The notes beneath the pieces were generated by a model. That model was not told the DNA's origin, searched no databases, and saw nothing but the letters and a program-made list of their open reading frames with translations. From assembly GCF_054482595.1 (NCBI RefSeq), contig NZ_CM137008.1: DNA of 64,000 nt; one strand, 5' to 3'. The position numbers were made by a program, and so were the translations under genes. Below, in pieces: positions 40,928-50,470 of the stretch. Each line of letters begins with the position of its first letter. Position 1 is the stretch's first letter.

Positions 40928-42577
40928 CTAACCCTCCATACCGCTAATGGTGATCATGTCGTCGTCCGCTTTAGCGCGATAAACTCGCCGCCCACCAGCA
41001 TAAAACTTGATTTCGCTGCTGGATTTGGCCTGTTCAGTAATCAAATCAACGATTTCGTCCAGTAGAACAATGGCATTTTTATCGTATTTATTGGGGCGAT
41101 AGCCATTGTTTAATTTGTTCAAAAGTTCAAATAAATTAAGTCCGATACGAACTGGTAACAGAGAGTTTTGCCCAACTTTTAAATGCACGTCGAAGCCAGT
41201 AGGGTGGGCCGTATTTTTATTGCGGATGGCCTCCCAGTCAGGTTTCAATTCGACTGGCGCGGTTATTTTTACCCCACCATATTCACCTAAAAAGAACTCT
41301 TCTTTTTGCATACTCAATTCCGGCGCTTTGCGGTTTGCATAGCGCTGAATACCAGCAATAAGTTCGGATGTATAAAACCGGTTCAGTGCTTTTTTCTGCT
41401 CTGAGTCAGCGATGTAATTTTTGTGCAGATGCCAGATTTCTGAATAATGCTCAAATAAAGATTCATTGAAGAATACGGAAAATTTCTGATGATAATTATT
41501 CCCCAGAGATTCATCCTGCAGCAACCAGAAGAGCCGAATTAATGAAGCCGCATCACCCGGATTAACGCACTGGCGATCAAATCTAATGTGTAATGGCGCG
41601 AGTGCAGCTAAAAAATCATCCAGTTCAGGGTCAACCAGGCCCAATTCGTAGCGCAAAATAAACTGATCGATTTCATAGGTGTGCAGCCTAGCAGGATCAA
41701 AATCAGAAACTTTTTTAATCAGGTCGTTTTCTGCCCCAGTGAAAAGATTATCAAATAAATACCCCGGCCCCATAAGCAAATGATGCAGAAAATCCAATAG
41801 AGTTCGGGTTGTCACAAACTGATCTTTAATCAGGCGGGCCTTAAAGAGCTGAGTGATGAGAACATCCTGAACACCCGGCAGACAAAGTAATTTATAGTTA
41901 GCAACTTCTTTCAGCTCAGGGTTAACGGTCTCATCATGTCGAAAAATAAACTGAAACAAATTACTATCATCATTACGGGTTAAATTATCCAGTAATGTTT
42001 TAATAAACGATGAATACTGTTTTTTTTCATTAAACTGGAATTTAGGGTAATGCTCAAAGTCAAAAAAAGAACAATGCCCACTGCGGTATGGGCGGCTTTC
42101 TTCCTGATCTGCTGACAAGAAAGAATCGATCGCAGTGCGGATCGCCAGATGGCATTCAGCACCTTCTCTGGCAAAATTGGCGAGCATCCCGGTATTGATG
42201 CCTATAAGCAAAGGAGATGAGTATTGGTGATGATTGCTAAATAAATCATTTAAAGCATCAATAGCTGATTGCCGGGGAGCAAAGCTGTGTGTTGCATCCA
42301 GATGAAAACTAAAGCGCTGCTGATAACGAGGGTTTGACTTACAACGGGTCAAAATTTCGGACTTTCCATCACCACTACTGCCACACAAAAAGATGATTTC
42401 ACCGGGCTTAGCAACATCCAGATAACGTTGCAGCTCAGTTTCAATTTCTTGTTTAACAAAGAGTTGTTCTTTTAACTGATCGAACTCATCCTTTTGACGA
42501 TGCGTTACCGTGGTTACGGAAAACGAAGATGACTTCGCAAGTACACCCAACGCTTTACGTAATGTGATTGCGCTCAT
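40928..42577 (-). CDS. dptF: DptF/DndF-like P-loop ATPase
   Basis: 549 aa; Walker A LCGSSGDGKSE near the N-terminus; first gene of the three-gene operon. Confidence 0.6.
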   Translation of the reverse strand: MSAITLRKALGVLAKSSSFSVTTVTHRQKDEFDQLKEQLFVKQEIETELQRYLDVAKPGEIIFLCGSSGDGKSEILTRCKSNPRYQQRFSFHLDATHSFAPRQSAIDALNDLFSNHHQYSSPLLIGINTGMLANFAREGAECHLAIRTAIDSFLSADQEESRPYRSGHCSFFDFEHYPKFQFNEKKQYSSFIKTLLDNLTRNDDSNLFQFIFRHDETVNPELKEVANYKLLCLPGVQDVLITQLFKARLIKDQFVTTRTLLDFLHHLLMGPGYLFDNLFTGAENDLIKKVSDFDPARLHTYEIDQFILRYELGLVDPELDDFLAALAPLHIRFDRQCVNPGDAASLIRLFWLLQDESLGNNYHQKFSVFFNESLFEHYSEIWHLHKNYIADSEQKKALNRFYTSELIAGIQRYANRKAPELSMQKEEFFLGEYGGVKITAPVELKPDWEAIRNKNTAHPTGFDVHLKVGQNSLLPVRIGLNLFELLNKLNNGYRPNKYDKNAIVLLDEIVDLITEQAKSSSEIKFYAGGRRVYRAKADDDMITISGMEG

Positions 42578-42814
42578 AACTTCATGTTCTCAAAAGTAGG
42601 ATTATACCTATTCTATAAAAGCTATCCGCTGATATCTATAGGCACTTTGAGACATTTATTACGGGCAATTTTAAAATTGTATCTTTTCCATCCGTACACA
42701 AAACACATCCAGAGATGGCGGGGAAAATCCATCTATCAACCAGTTCCACTTTGGAAATTGCTTGATTAGTAGTATCTTAATCAAACACATACGCTAAATA
42801 TTACCCCCGATTGA

Positions 42815-42966
42815 TTTTCGCATAGTCAAACAGCGTAATCGATCTCTCCCTATTCGCATCCAGAAAATCAGCCCACCATACTGCAAATCAGCTCGCGCTC
42901 ATCCAGATGTTCTGCCTTATGGATATACGCCCCCTTACCGATGTGACTCATCTGACGTTCAGCCGC
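42815..42966 (-). pseudogene. Degenerate 3' fragment of a second P4-type integrase gene
   Basis: About 110-150 bp of nucleotide similarity to the 3' region of the intact integrase (45990..46100), e.g. GCATCCAGAAAATC.GCCCACCAT and CTCATCTGACGTTCA; frame broken. Confidence 0.55.
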
Positions 42967-43072
42967 TTTATCTCATGTTGTTCTGGTCTCAATACTTCCA
43001 TGCCGTTGCAATTACCTCTTAAACCAGCCCTTACCATTTTTATGGGTACGATAAGAAAACTTTATCGGGCAC

Positions 43073-43098
43073 GATCGATTTTATCGATCGATTCGATC
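43073..43098. promoter_or_regulatory. Cluster of three GATC sites upstream of the outer-membrane protein gene
   Basis: GATC at 43073, 43086 and 43095 within overlapping ATCGAT/TCGATCGA palindromes, about 90-120 bp upstream of the start at 43190. Confidence 0.35.
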
Positions 43099-43189
43099 GA
43101 AAACATTCCTTTTACCTTATCTTTTTCATGGTCTTAGAATGAGCAACCCCATTTATCGTTCGGGGAAAGTGATAGCGGAGATGATTGAA

Positions 43190-43930
43190 ATGAATAAGGT
43201 TATTGCGGTTTCAGCGCTTGCCATGGCAGGCATGTTTTCGACCCAGGCTCTGGCTGATGAAAGCAAAACAGGCTTTTATGTGACCGGTAAAGCAGGTGCT
43301 TCTGTTATGTCACTTGCAGACCAGCGTTTCCTGTCGGGGGATGGAGAGGAAACATCAAAATATAAAGGCGGTGATGGCCATGATACGGTATTCAGTGGCG
43401 GTATCGCGGCCGGTTATGATTTTTACCCGCAGTTCAGTATTCCGGTTCGTACGGAACTGGAGTTTTACGCTCGTGGAAAAGCTGATTCGAAGTATAACGT
43501 AGATAAAGACAGCTGGTCAGGCGGTTACTGGCGTGATGACCTGAAGAATGAGGTGTCAGTCAACACACTGATGCTGAATGCGTACTATGACTTCCGGAAT
43601 GACAGTGCATTCACACCATGGGTATCTGCAGGGATTGGCTACGCCAGAATTCACCAGAAAACAACCGGTATCAGTACCTGGGATTATGGGTACGGAAGCA
43701 GTGGTCGCGAATCGTTGTCACGTTCAGGCTCTGCTGACAACTTCGCATGGAGCCTTGGCGCGGGTGTCCGCTATGACGTAACCCCGGATATCGCTCTGGA
43801 CCTCAGCTATCGCTATCTTGATGCAGGTGATAGCAGTGTGAGTTACAAGGACGAGTGGGGCGATAAATATAAGTCAGAAGTTGATGTTAAAAGTCATGAC
43901 ATCCTGCTTGGTGTGACTTATAACTTCTGA
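43190..43930 (+). CDS. Outer-membrane beta-barrel protein (OmpA-like/opacity family)
   Basis: Signal peptide MNKVIAVSALAMAGMFSTQALA, alternating amphipathic strands, C-terminal ...LLGVTYNF. ORF track start 43139; 43190 preferred. Confidence 0.7.
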   Translation: MNKVIAVSALAMAGMFSTQALADESKTGFYVTGKAGASVMSLADQRFLSGDGEETSKYKGGDGHDTVFSGGIAAGYDFYPQFSIPVRTELEFYARGKADSKYNVDKDSWSGGYWRDDLKNEVSVNTLMLNAYYDFRNDSAFTPWVSAGIGYARIHQKTTGISTWDYGYGSSGRESLSRSGSADNFAWSLGAGVRYDVTPDIALDLSYRYLDAGDSSVSYKDEWGDKYKSEVDVKSHDILLGVTYNF

Positions 43931-44103
43931 CGACACTGCTCCTGAACGATAATACGTATATTTAGCAATTAAGATAATTGCGTATCTTCTGCAATTAAAC
44001 AGAAATACCCTGCAGTCTATTACTGCAGGGTTATCTGTTTCACAGATAATTTCTGATTTTTATTATCCTGTTCTCTTCATCATAATGTTGTCGATATACT
44101 CCG

Positions 44104-45603
44104 ATGAATATCAGAAAACTGTTTTGTCCGGGAAACACACCCCGGATTTTATTGTTTTTATTCTTTTTTGTTGTTTCTGCAATAACCACAATTGCATGCG
44201 GATACACTGAGAAGAATGCCACAGGAAATGTGCTGCTTCTGTTTCTCCTTCTTCTCCTTGCACACAGAAATACCCTCACATCCATTACAGCGCTGTTATT
44301 TCTGTTCTGTTGTGCACTGTATGCGCCTGCGGGTATGACGTACGGTAAAATCAACAACAGTTTTATTGTCGCGTTGCTGCAGACCACGGCTGATGAGGCT
44401 GCAGAGTTTACCGGGATGATTCCTGTTTATCATTTTCTGGTCAGTGCCGCGATTCTGGTATTCATGGTGATTTTCTGGCGGACACACCACCGCGGTCACC
44501 GTAACTGGCTGGCACTGCTGCTATTCGTATTATGCTCTGTAAACAGCTGGCCGTTGCGGATGGTTAAAGGAACTGTTGTGGGGACAACTGACACATTGCG
44601 TGAAATGCAGCGTTATAAACAACTGAGTCAGCACGGGGCTGATAACTGGAAAATCCTGCCGGGTGTGCCGTTGTATGACACGATTGTTATCGTTACTGGT
44701 GAGAGTGTGCGCAGGGATTATATGTCGGTATATGGCTATCCCGTGCCAACCACGCCGTGGCTGAATACTGCTCCCGGTTTATTTATTGACGGCTATACAT
44801 CGACAGCAGCCAGTACCGTACCTTCCCTGAGCCGGACACTGATTTATGACTATGAGCAGAACCCTGACTCCGGCAACAACGTGGTGGCGCTGGCAGCAAA
44901 AGCAGGATACAGCACATGGTGGATATCCAATCAGGGAAAACTGGGAGAGCATGACACACGCATCTCTGTTATTGCTTCTGATGCGGAGCATACCGTTTTC
45001 CTCAAGAAAGGCAGCTTCGCTTCCCGTAAAACGGATGACATGTTGTTGTTACAGGAAACAGAACGTGCGCTGGCGGATAAATCCTCGCCGAAGGTGATTT
45101 TCCTGCACATGATTGGCTCTCATCCGAATCCGTGTGACCGACTTAACTCCTGGCCGAATTATTACCTGGAGCAGTATCCCCGAAAGATTGCCTGTTACCT
45201 CGCCAGCATCAGTAAACTGGATAACTTTCTCGGTCAGCTTGATGGTATCCTTCGCCGGCATTCCCGTCACTTTGCAATGCTTTACTTTTCTGACCATGGG
45301 CTGTCGGTCAGCGACAGTGCTAATCCTGTTCATCATGATGGTCATGTGCAGGGGGGCTACAGCGTTCCCCTGATTATTACCGCCAGTGACATCACGTCTC
45401 ATCAGTCCGTCAGCAGGAAAATCAGTGCCCGTAATTTCGCAGGCATTTTTCAGTGGCTGACCGGTATTCGTACCGAAAATATAACGCCATTCAATCCGCT
45501 GACAGACGAAGATAATGAACCCGTTATGGTTTTTAACGGAGAGAAAAATGTGCCGGCAGACAGTCTGAAACCGCAGCCACTTATTCTTCCGGACCACAGG
45601 TAA
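44104..45603 (+). CDS. Phosphoethanolamine transferase (EptA/OpgE-like; sulfatase domain with N-terminal TM segments)
   Basis: 499 aa; N-terminal hydrophobic helices then a sulfatase-like catalytic region; corresponds in position to the yjgX-type gene of leuX islands. Confidence 0.7.
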   Translation: MNIRKLFCPGNTPRILLFLFFFVVSAITTIACGYTEKNATGNVLLLFLLLLLAHRNTLTSITALLFLFCCALYAPAGMTYGKINNSFIVALLQTTADEAAEFTGMIPVYHFLVSAAILVFMVIFWRTHHRGHRNWLALLLFVLCSVNSWPLRMVKGTVVGTTDTLREMQRYKQLSQHGADNWKILPGVPLYDTIVIVTGESVRRDYMSVYGYPVPTTPWLNTAPGLFIDGYTSTAASTVPSLSRTLIYDYEQNPDSGNNVVALAAKAGYSTWWISNQGKLGEHDTRISVIASDAEHTVFLKKGSFASRKTDDMLLLQETERALADKSSPKVIFLHMIGSHPNPCDRLNSWPNYYLEQYPRKIACYLASISKLDNFLGQLDGILRRHSRHFAMLYFSDHGLSVSDSANPVHHDGHVQGGYSVPLIITASDITSHQSVSRKISARNFAGIFQWLTGIRTENITPFNPLTDEDNEPVMVFNGEKNVPADSLKPQPLILPDHR

Positions 45604-45721
45604 TCATATATGGCAAACTGTAATACAGTCTCTTGTACTGAAAAGGATTCTGTATAGAATAGAACCTGTATTCATATCAGCACAAGGGACCACCAAATCC
45701 CGGCAACATTCCTTACGTCAG

Positions 45722-45756
45722 TTATCCCGCATCACCCTGTGGGTGCGGGATTTTTT
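45722..45756 (+). terminator. Rho-independent terminator after the phosphoethanolamine transferase gene
   Basis: ATCCCGCA...TGCGGGAT stem followed by TTTTTT. Confidence 0.55.
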
Positions 45757-45926
45757 ATGATGTTTCTTTTTATTGAATATATATAAATAACGAATAACTG
45801 CGGATTCTGATAATCCACCTGCAGGGAGCAATCCGGTAAACATTTAATACATCAGTTAATATCGTTTTGCCTTTTTAACAAAGAAAATATTCATGGAGTA
45901 AGTTCCCGGGCATTTGCCCGGGATGA

Positions 45927-47192
45927 TTACTGTTTTAATGGATTATTAATCTTTGCATATTCAAATGGACTGATAAATTTTTCTCTGTTTGCATCCAGAA
46001 AATCGGCCCACCATTGTAGCATCAAGCGGCGTTCTTCCAGATGCTCTGCTTTATGGATATACGCGGCCCTCACTGAATTTCGCTCCATGTGGCTCATCTG
46101 ACGTTCAACAGCATCACGAGACCACAAACCTGATTCGACCAATGAACTACAGGCCATTGTTCGAAAGCCATGACCACAAACCTCTACTTTTGTATCATAC
46201 CCCATGACCCGTAACGCACTATTTACCGTATTCTCACTCATGGGTTTGTGCGAATCGTGATCACCAATAAATATCAAGTCATGGGCCCCACAAAACTGTT
46301 TTATCTGCTTTAAAATTGCAAGAGCTTGCGTTGAAAGAGGCACTAGATGCGTTGTACGCATTTTTGAGCCTCTATGGGAATGTTTCACTCCAGGAATAGG
46401 CTCCCGCTCCGGTGGGATAGTCCATATAGACGCTTCGAAATCGATCTCTGACCAACGAGCAAAACGCAGCTCACTGGACCGAATAAAGATCAGCAAAGAG
46501 AGTTCTGTCGCCCATCGGGTTAGCGGCCTACCAGTATAGCTATCTATTTTTGTAAGCAACTCAGGGATGCGCTTTAATTCAAGCGCGGGACGATGTTGTC
46601 GATTACAGGAAGCAACCGCCCCAGCCATCTCTTGTGCCGGGTTATAATCAATTAACCCACTTTGCACTGCATAGCGCATGATGGCTGTAGTGCGCTGCTG
46701 AAGACGAGCGGCCACTTCAAGACGTCCAGACATTTCTACGGCCTTAATGGGTGCTAATAAATCTCGAGTTTTTAACTCAGCGATATTACGTTCACCAAGC
46801 GCTGCAAAAAGATTATCTTCCAGACTTTTTAGCACACGATGGGCGTGATCTTCAGACCACTTTTTATTGGTGCCATGCCACTCAATCGCGACTTCTTTAA
46901 AGGTTCGTGCTTTACTCTGTTCAACCTTATCATTTTTCTTTTTGTCTCCCGGATCGACGCCATTCGCAAGCAGCTTACGCGCCTCGTCACGACGTACTCT
47001 GGCATCCGCTAGTGTGATTTCAGGATAAACCCCAAGTGCCAGCATTTTTTGCTTTCCCTCATAACGGTACTGCAAACGCCAGTACTTAGAACCATTTGGA
47101 TGGACAAGCAGATGCATACCGCCACCATCAGTCAGCTTATATTGCTTATCCGTTGGCTTGGCTGCTCTGACTTTGATATCTGTTAATGCCAT
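45927..47192 (-). CDS. intB: P4-type tyrosine integrase next to leuX
   Basis: 421 aa; N-terminal AP2-like DNA-binding region and C-terminal catalytic region with conserved R...HGFR...Y; immediately 3' of tRNA-Leu. Confidence 0.9.
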   Translation of the reverse strand: MALTDIKVRAAKPTDKQYKLTDGGGMHLLVHPNGSKYWRLQYRYEGKQKMLALGVYPEITLADARVRRDEARKLLANGVDPGDKKKNDKVEQSKARTFKEVAIEWHGTNKKWSEDHAHRVLKSLEDNLFAALGERNIAELKTRDLLAPIKAVEMSGRLEVAARLQQRTTAIMRYAVQSGLIDYNPAQEMAGAVASCNRQHRPALELKRIPELLTKIDSYTGRPLTRWATELSLLIFIRSSELRFARWSEIDFEASIWTIPPEREPIPGVKHSHRGSKMRTTHLVPLSTQALAILKQIKQFCGAHDLIFIGDHDSHKPMSENTVNSALRVMGYDTKVEVCGHGFRTMACSSLVESGLWSRDAVERQMSHMERNSVRAAYIHKAEHLEERRLMLQWWADFLDANREKFISPFEYAKINNPLKQ

Positions 47193-47341
47193 GCGTATTC
47201 CCTCCCTGTTGGTACAAGCATTATCGAACCGGAAATACCATCATCTGTACCAACATATGTTGGTAGATGTACGTTGATATCGGTTGACCTTGAGAGAGTT
47301 AATATAGCGGGAAAGGTAGATAAACACTGGATTTCAGGCAT

Positions 47342-47372
47342 AAAAAAAGACCTCAGTTGAGGTCTATTTACA
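47342..47372 (-). terminator. leuX terminator
   Basis: GACCTCAGTTGAGGTC hairpin followed by a T-run on the tRNA strand. Confidence 0.6.
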
Positions 47373-47378
47373 TACTTT

Positions 47379-47463
47379 TGGTGCCGAAGGCCGGACTCGA
47401 ACCGGCACGTATTTCTACGGTTGATTTTGAATCAACTGCGTCTACCGATTTCGCCACTTCGGC
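47379..47463 (-). tRNA. leuX: tRNA-Leu (anticodon CAA)
   Basis: Reverse complement reads GCCGAAGTGGCGAAATCGGTAGACGCAGTTGATTCAAAATCAACCGTAGAAATACGTGCCGGTTCGAGTCCGGCCTTCGGCACCA; CAA anticodon loop, long variable arm, encoded CCA. Confidence 0.95.
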
Positions 47464-47658
47464 ACTGAAGAGGTATGCGGAAAACGTTGTGGATTATACC
47501 TGTCGCACGCCACCATGCAAGCGCCAGCTTGCTCGCACCTCGCTAAGTGCTGAAATTTTCAGCATTGCATACAGCGATGTGTAACCTTTGTCACACTCCA
47601 GGCACCCCGCCCTGCCATGCTCTACACTTCCCAGACAACACCAGAGAAGGACCAAAAA

Positions 47659-48678
47659 ATGTCGATGATAAAAAGCTATGCCGCAAAAGAAGCAGGCGGC
47701 GAATTGGAAGTTTATGAGTACGATCCCGGTGAACTGAAGCCATAAGATGTTGAAGTGCAGGTGGATTACTGCGGGATCTGCCATTCCGATCTGTCGATGA
47801 TCGATAACGAATGGGGATTTTCACAATATCCGCTGGTTGCCGGGCATGAGGTGATTGGGCGCGTGGTGGCACTCGGGAGCGCCGCGCAGGATAAAGGTTT
47901 GCAGGTCGGTCAGCGTGTCGGGATTGGCTGGACGGCGCGTAGCTGTGGTCACTGCGACGCCTGTATTAGCGGTAATCAGATCAACTGCGAGCAAGGTGCG
48001 GTGCCGACGATTATGAATCGCGGTGGCTTTGCCGAGAAGTTACGTGCGGACTGGCAATGGGTGATTCCACTGCCAGAAAATATTGATATCGAGTCCGCCG
48101 GGCCGCTGTTGTGCGGCGGTATCACGGTCTTTAAACCACTGTTGATGCACCATATCACTGCTACCAGCCGCGTTGGGGTAATTGGTATTGGCGGGCTGGG
48201 GCATATCGCTATAAAACTTCTGCACGCAATGGGATGCGAGGTGACGGCCTTTAGTTCTAATCCGGCGAAAGAGCAGGAAGTACTGGCGATGGGTGCCGAT
48301 AAAGTGGTGAATAGCCGCGATCCGCAGGCACTGAAAGCCCTGTCGGGGCAGTTTGATCTCATTATCAATACTGTGAACGTCAGCCTCGACTGGCAGCCTT
48401 ATTTTGAGGCGCTGACCTATGGCGGTAATTTCCATACAGTCGGTGCGGTTCTCACGCCGTTGCCGGTTCCGGCCTTTACGCTGATTGCGGGCGATCGCAG
48501 TGTCTCTGGCTCTGCTACCGGTACACCTTATGAGTTGCGTAAGCTGATGCGCTTTGCCGCCCGCAGCAAGGTTGCGCCGACTACCGAACTGTTCCCGATG
48601 TCGAAAATTAACGACGCCATCCAGCATGTGCGCGACGGTAAGGCGCGTTACCGCGTGGTTCTGAAAGCTGACTTCTGA
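47659..48678 (+). pseudogene. ahr: NADPH-dependent aldehyde reductase Ahr (YjgB) with premature in-frame TAA at codon 29
   Basis: ATG 47659 encodes [28 protein letters not shown] then TAA (47743..47745); same frame continues through the zinc-ADH body (ORF 47755..48678 from GTG). Confidence 0.75.
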
Positions 48679-48807
48679 TCTCTTTGCCGGGTGCCTGTCG
48701 CCCGGCACTTAAATCTCTTTGGAAGGCGTCTCGCAATCTGCTGAATTTAGCGGTGAAGAGTGCGCAGCCGTTGCCTATACTCCAGGCAGGAAACTGGAGG
48801 AAATCTC

Positions 48808-50310
48808 ATGAGCGAACCCCTGTTAATTGCCCGTACGCCGGACACAGAACTGTTTTTACTACCCGCTATGGCTAACCGTCACGGACTGATTACTGGCGCA
48901 ACGGGGACGGGTAAAACCGTTACGCTGCAAAAACTGGCAGAGTCATTGTCGGAAATCGGCGTGCCGGTGTTTATGGCTGATGTGAAAGGCGATCTGACCG
49001 GTATCGCGCAGGCAGGAACGGCGTCGGAAAAACTGCTCACAAGGCTTAAAAATATCGGCGTCAATGACTGGCAACCGCATGCCAATCCGGTGGTGGTGTG
49101 GGATATCTTTGGCGAGAAAGGCCATCCGGTGCGGGCGACGGTCTCGGATCTGGGGCCGCTGTTGCTGGCGCGGCTGTTGAATCTCAACGATGTGCAATCT
49201 GGCGTGCTGAATATCATTTTCCGCATTGCTGACGATCAGGGGCTGTTACTGCTCGACTTTAAAGATCTACGGGCAATTACCCAGTACATCGGCGATAACG
49301 CCAAATCTTTCCAGAATCAGTACGGTAATATCAGTAGCGCATCGGTTGGTGCCATCCAGCGCGGGCTGTTGTCGCTGGAACAGCAAGGCGCAGCACACTT
49401 CTTTGGTGAGCCGATGCTGGATATCAAAGACTGGATGCGCACCGATGCCAACGGTAAAGGCGTTATTAATATCCTCAGCGCCGAGAAGCTTTATCAGATG
49501 CCGAAACTGTACGCCGCCAGCCTGCTGTGGATGATTTCAGAGTTGTATGAACAATTGCCGGAAGCGGGCGATCTGGAGAAGCCAAAACTGGTGTTTTTCT
49601 TCGACGAAGCACATCTGCTGTTTAACGATGCACCGCAGGTACTGCTGGATAAGATTGAGCAGGTGATAAGGCTTATTCGCTCAAAAGGCGTGGGCGTCTG
49701 GTTCGTTTCGCAAAACCCGTCTGATATTCCAGATAATGTGCTCGGCCAGCTCGGTAATCGCGTTCAGCACGCTTTGCGGGCTTTTACGCCAAAAGATCAG
49801 AAAGCAGTGAAGGCAGCGGCGCAAACCATGCGGGCTAATCCGGCGTTTGATATCGAAAAGGCAATCCAGGAACTGGGGACGGGCGAAGCGTTGATCTCGT
49901 TTCTCGATGCAAAAGGAAGTCCTTCTGTGGTGGAACGGGCGATGGTGATTGCGCCTTGTTCGCGGATGGGACCGGTGACGGAAGATGAGCGCAATGGCTT
50001 GATTAATCACTCTCCGGTGTATGGCAAGTACGAGGATGACGTGGACCGGGAATCCGCCTATGAGATGTTGCAAAAAGGCTTTCAGGCCAGTACCGAGCAG
50101 CAAAATAATCCCCCCGCGAAAGGGAAAGAGGTAGCGGTAGATGACGGCATTCTTGGTGGATTGAAGGATATTTTGTTCGGCACTACCGGACCACGCGGCG
50201 GGAAGAAAGATGGTGTGGTGCAAACAATGGCCAAAAGCGCCGCTCGCCAAGTGACGAATCAGATTGTACGCGGGATGTTGGGGAGTTTGCTGGGGGGGAG
50301 AAGAAGGTAA
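48808..50310 (+). CDS. yjgR: YjgR, P-loop ATPase of unknown function (DUF853)
   Basis: Starts [16 protein letters not shown]...; Walker A GATGTGKT. Confidence 0.9.
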   Translation: MSEPLLIARTPDTELFLLPAMANRHGLITGATGTGKTVTLQKLAESLSEIGVPVFMADVKGDLTGIAQAGTASEKLLTRLKNIGVNDWQPHANPVVVWDIFGEKGHPVRATVSDLGPLLLARLLNLNDVQSGVLNIIFRIADDQGLLLLDFKDLRAITQYIGDNAKSFQNQYGNISSASVGAIQRGLLSLEQQGAAHFFGEPMLDIKDWMRTDANGKGVINILSAEKLYQMPKLYAASLLWMISELYEQLPEAGDLEKPKLVFFFDEAHLLFNDAPQVLLDKIEQVIRLIRSKGVGVWFVSQNPSDIPDNVLGQLGNRVQHALRAFTPKDQKAVKAAAQTMRANPAFDIEKAIQELGTGEALISFLDAKGSPSVVERAMVIAPCSRMGPVTEDERNGLINHSPVYGKYEDDVDRESAYEMLQKGFQASTEQQNNPPAKGKEVAVDDGILGGLKDILFGTTGPRGGKKDGVVQTMAKSAARQVTNQIVRGMLGSLLGGRRR

Positions 50311-50360
50311 GTCAGGCGAGATTTGTCTTTGCCTGATGCGACGCTGGCGCGTCTTATCAT
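50311..50360. repeat. REP element
   Basis: GCCTGATGCGACGCTGGCGCGTCTTATCA-type palindromic unit. Confidence 0.5.
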
Positions 50361-50434
50361 GCCCACCCCACTGCAATATATTGAATTTTAATTATTTTTC
50401 AGGAATGAACGAAGCACACTTTGCTAACAATAAT

Positions 50435-50456
50435 AAAGGGAGCTTTCGCTCCCTTT
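50435..50456. terminator. Bidirectional hairpin terminator between yjgR and lptG
   Basis: AAAGGGAGC-TTT-CGCTCCCTTT stem-loop with flanking T/A runs. Confidence 0.5.
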
Positions 50457-50470
50457 ATTCGTTCATTTGG

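Noticed and set aside
42907-43137. 76-aa + strand ORF upstream of the outer-membrane protein gene
   Set aside because: Overlaps the degenerate integrase remnant and GATC cluster on the opposite strand; no coding signal.
45902-45925. CCCGGGCA...TGCCCGGG hairpin just downstream of the integrase stop as a terminator
   Set aside because: Strong stem but no U-tract on either strand; not confident it terminates transcription.
48040-48708. 222-aa ORF antisense to ahr
   Set aside because: Shadow ORF opposite a conserved core gene.
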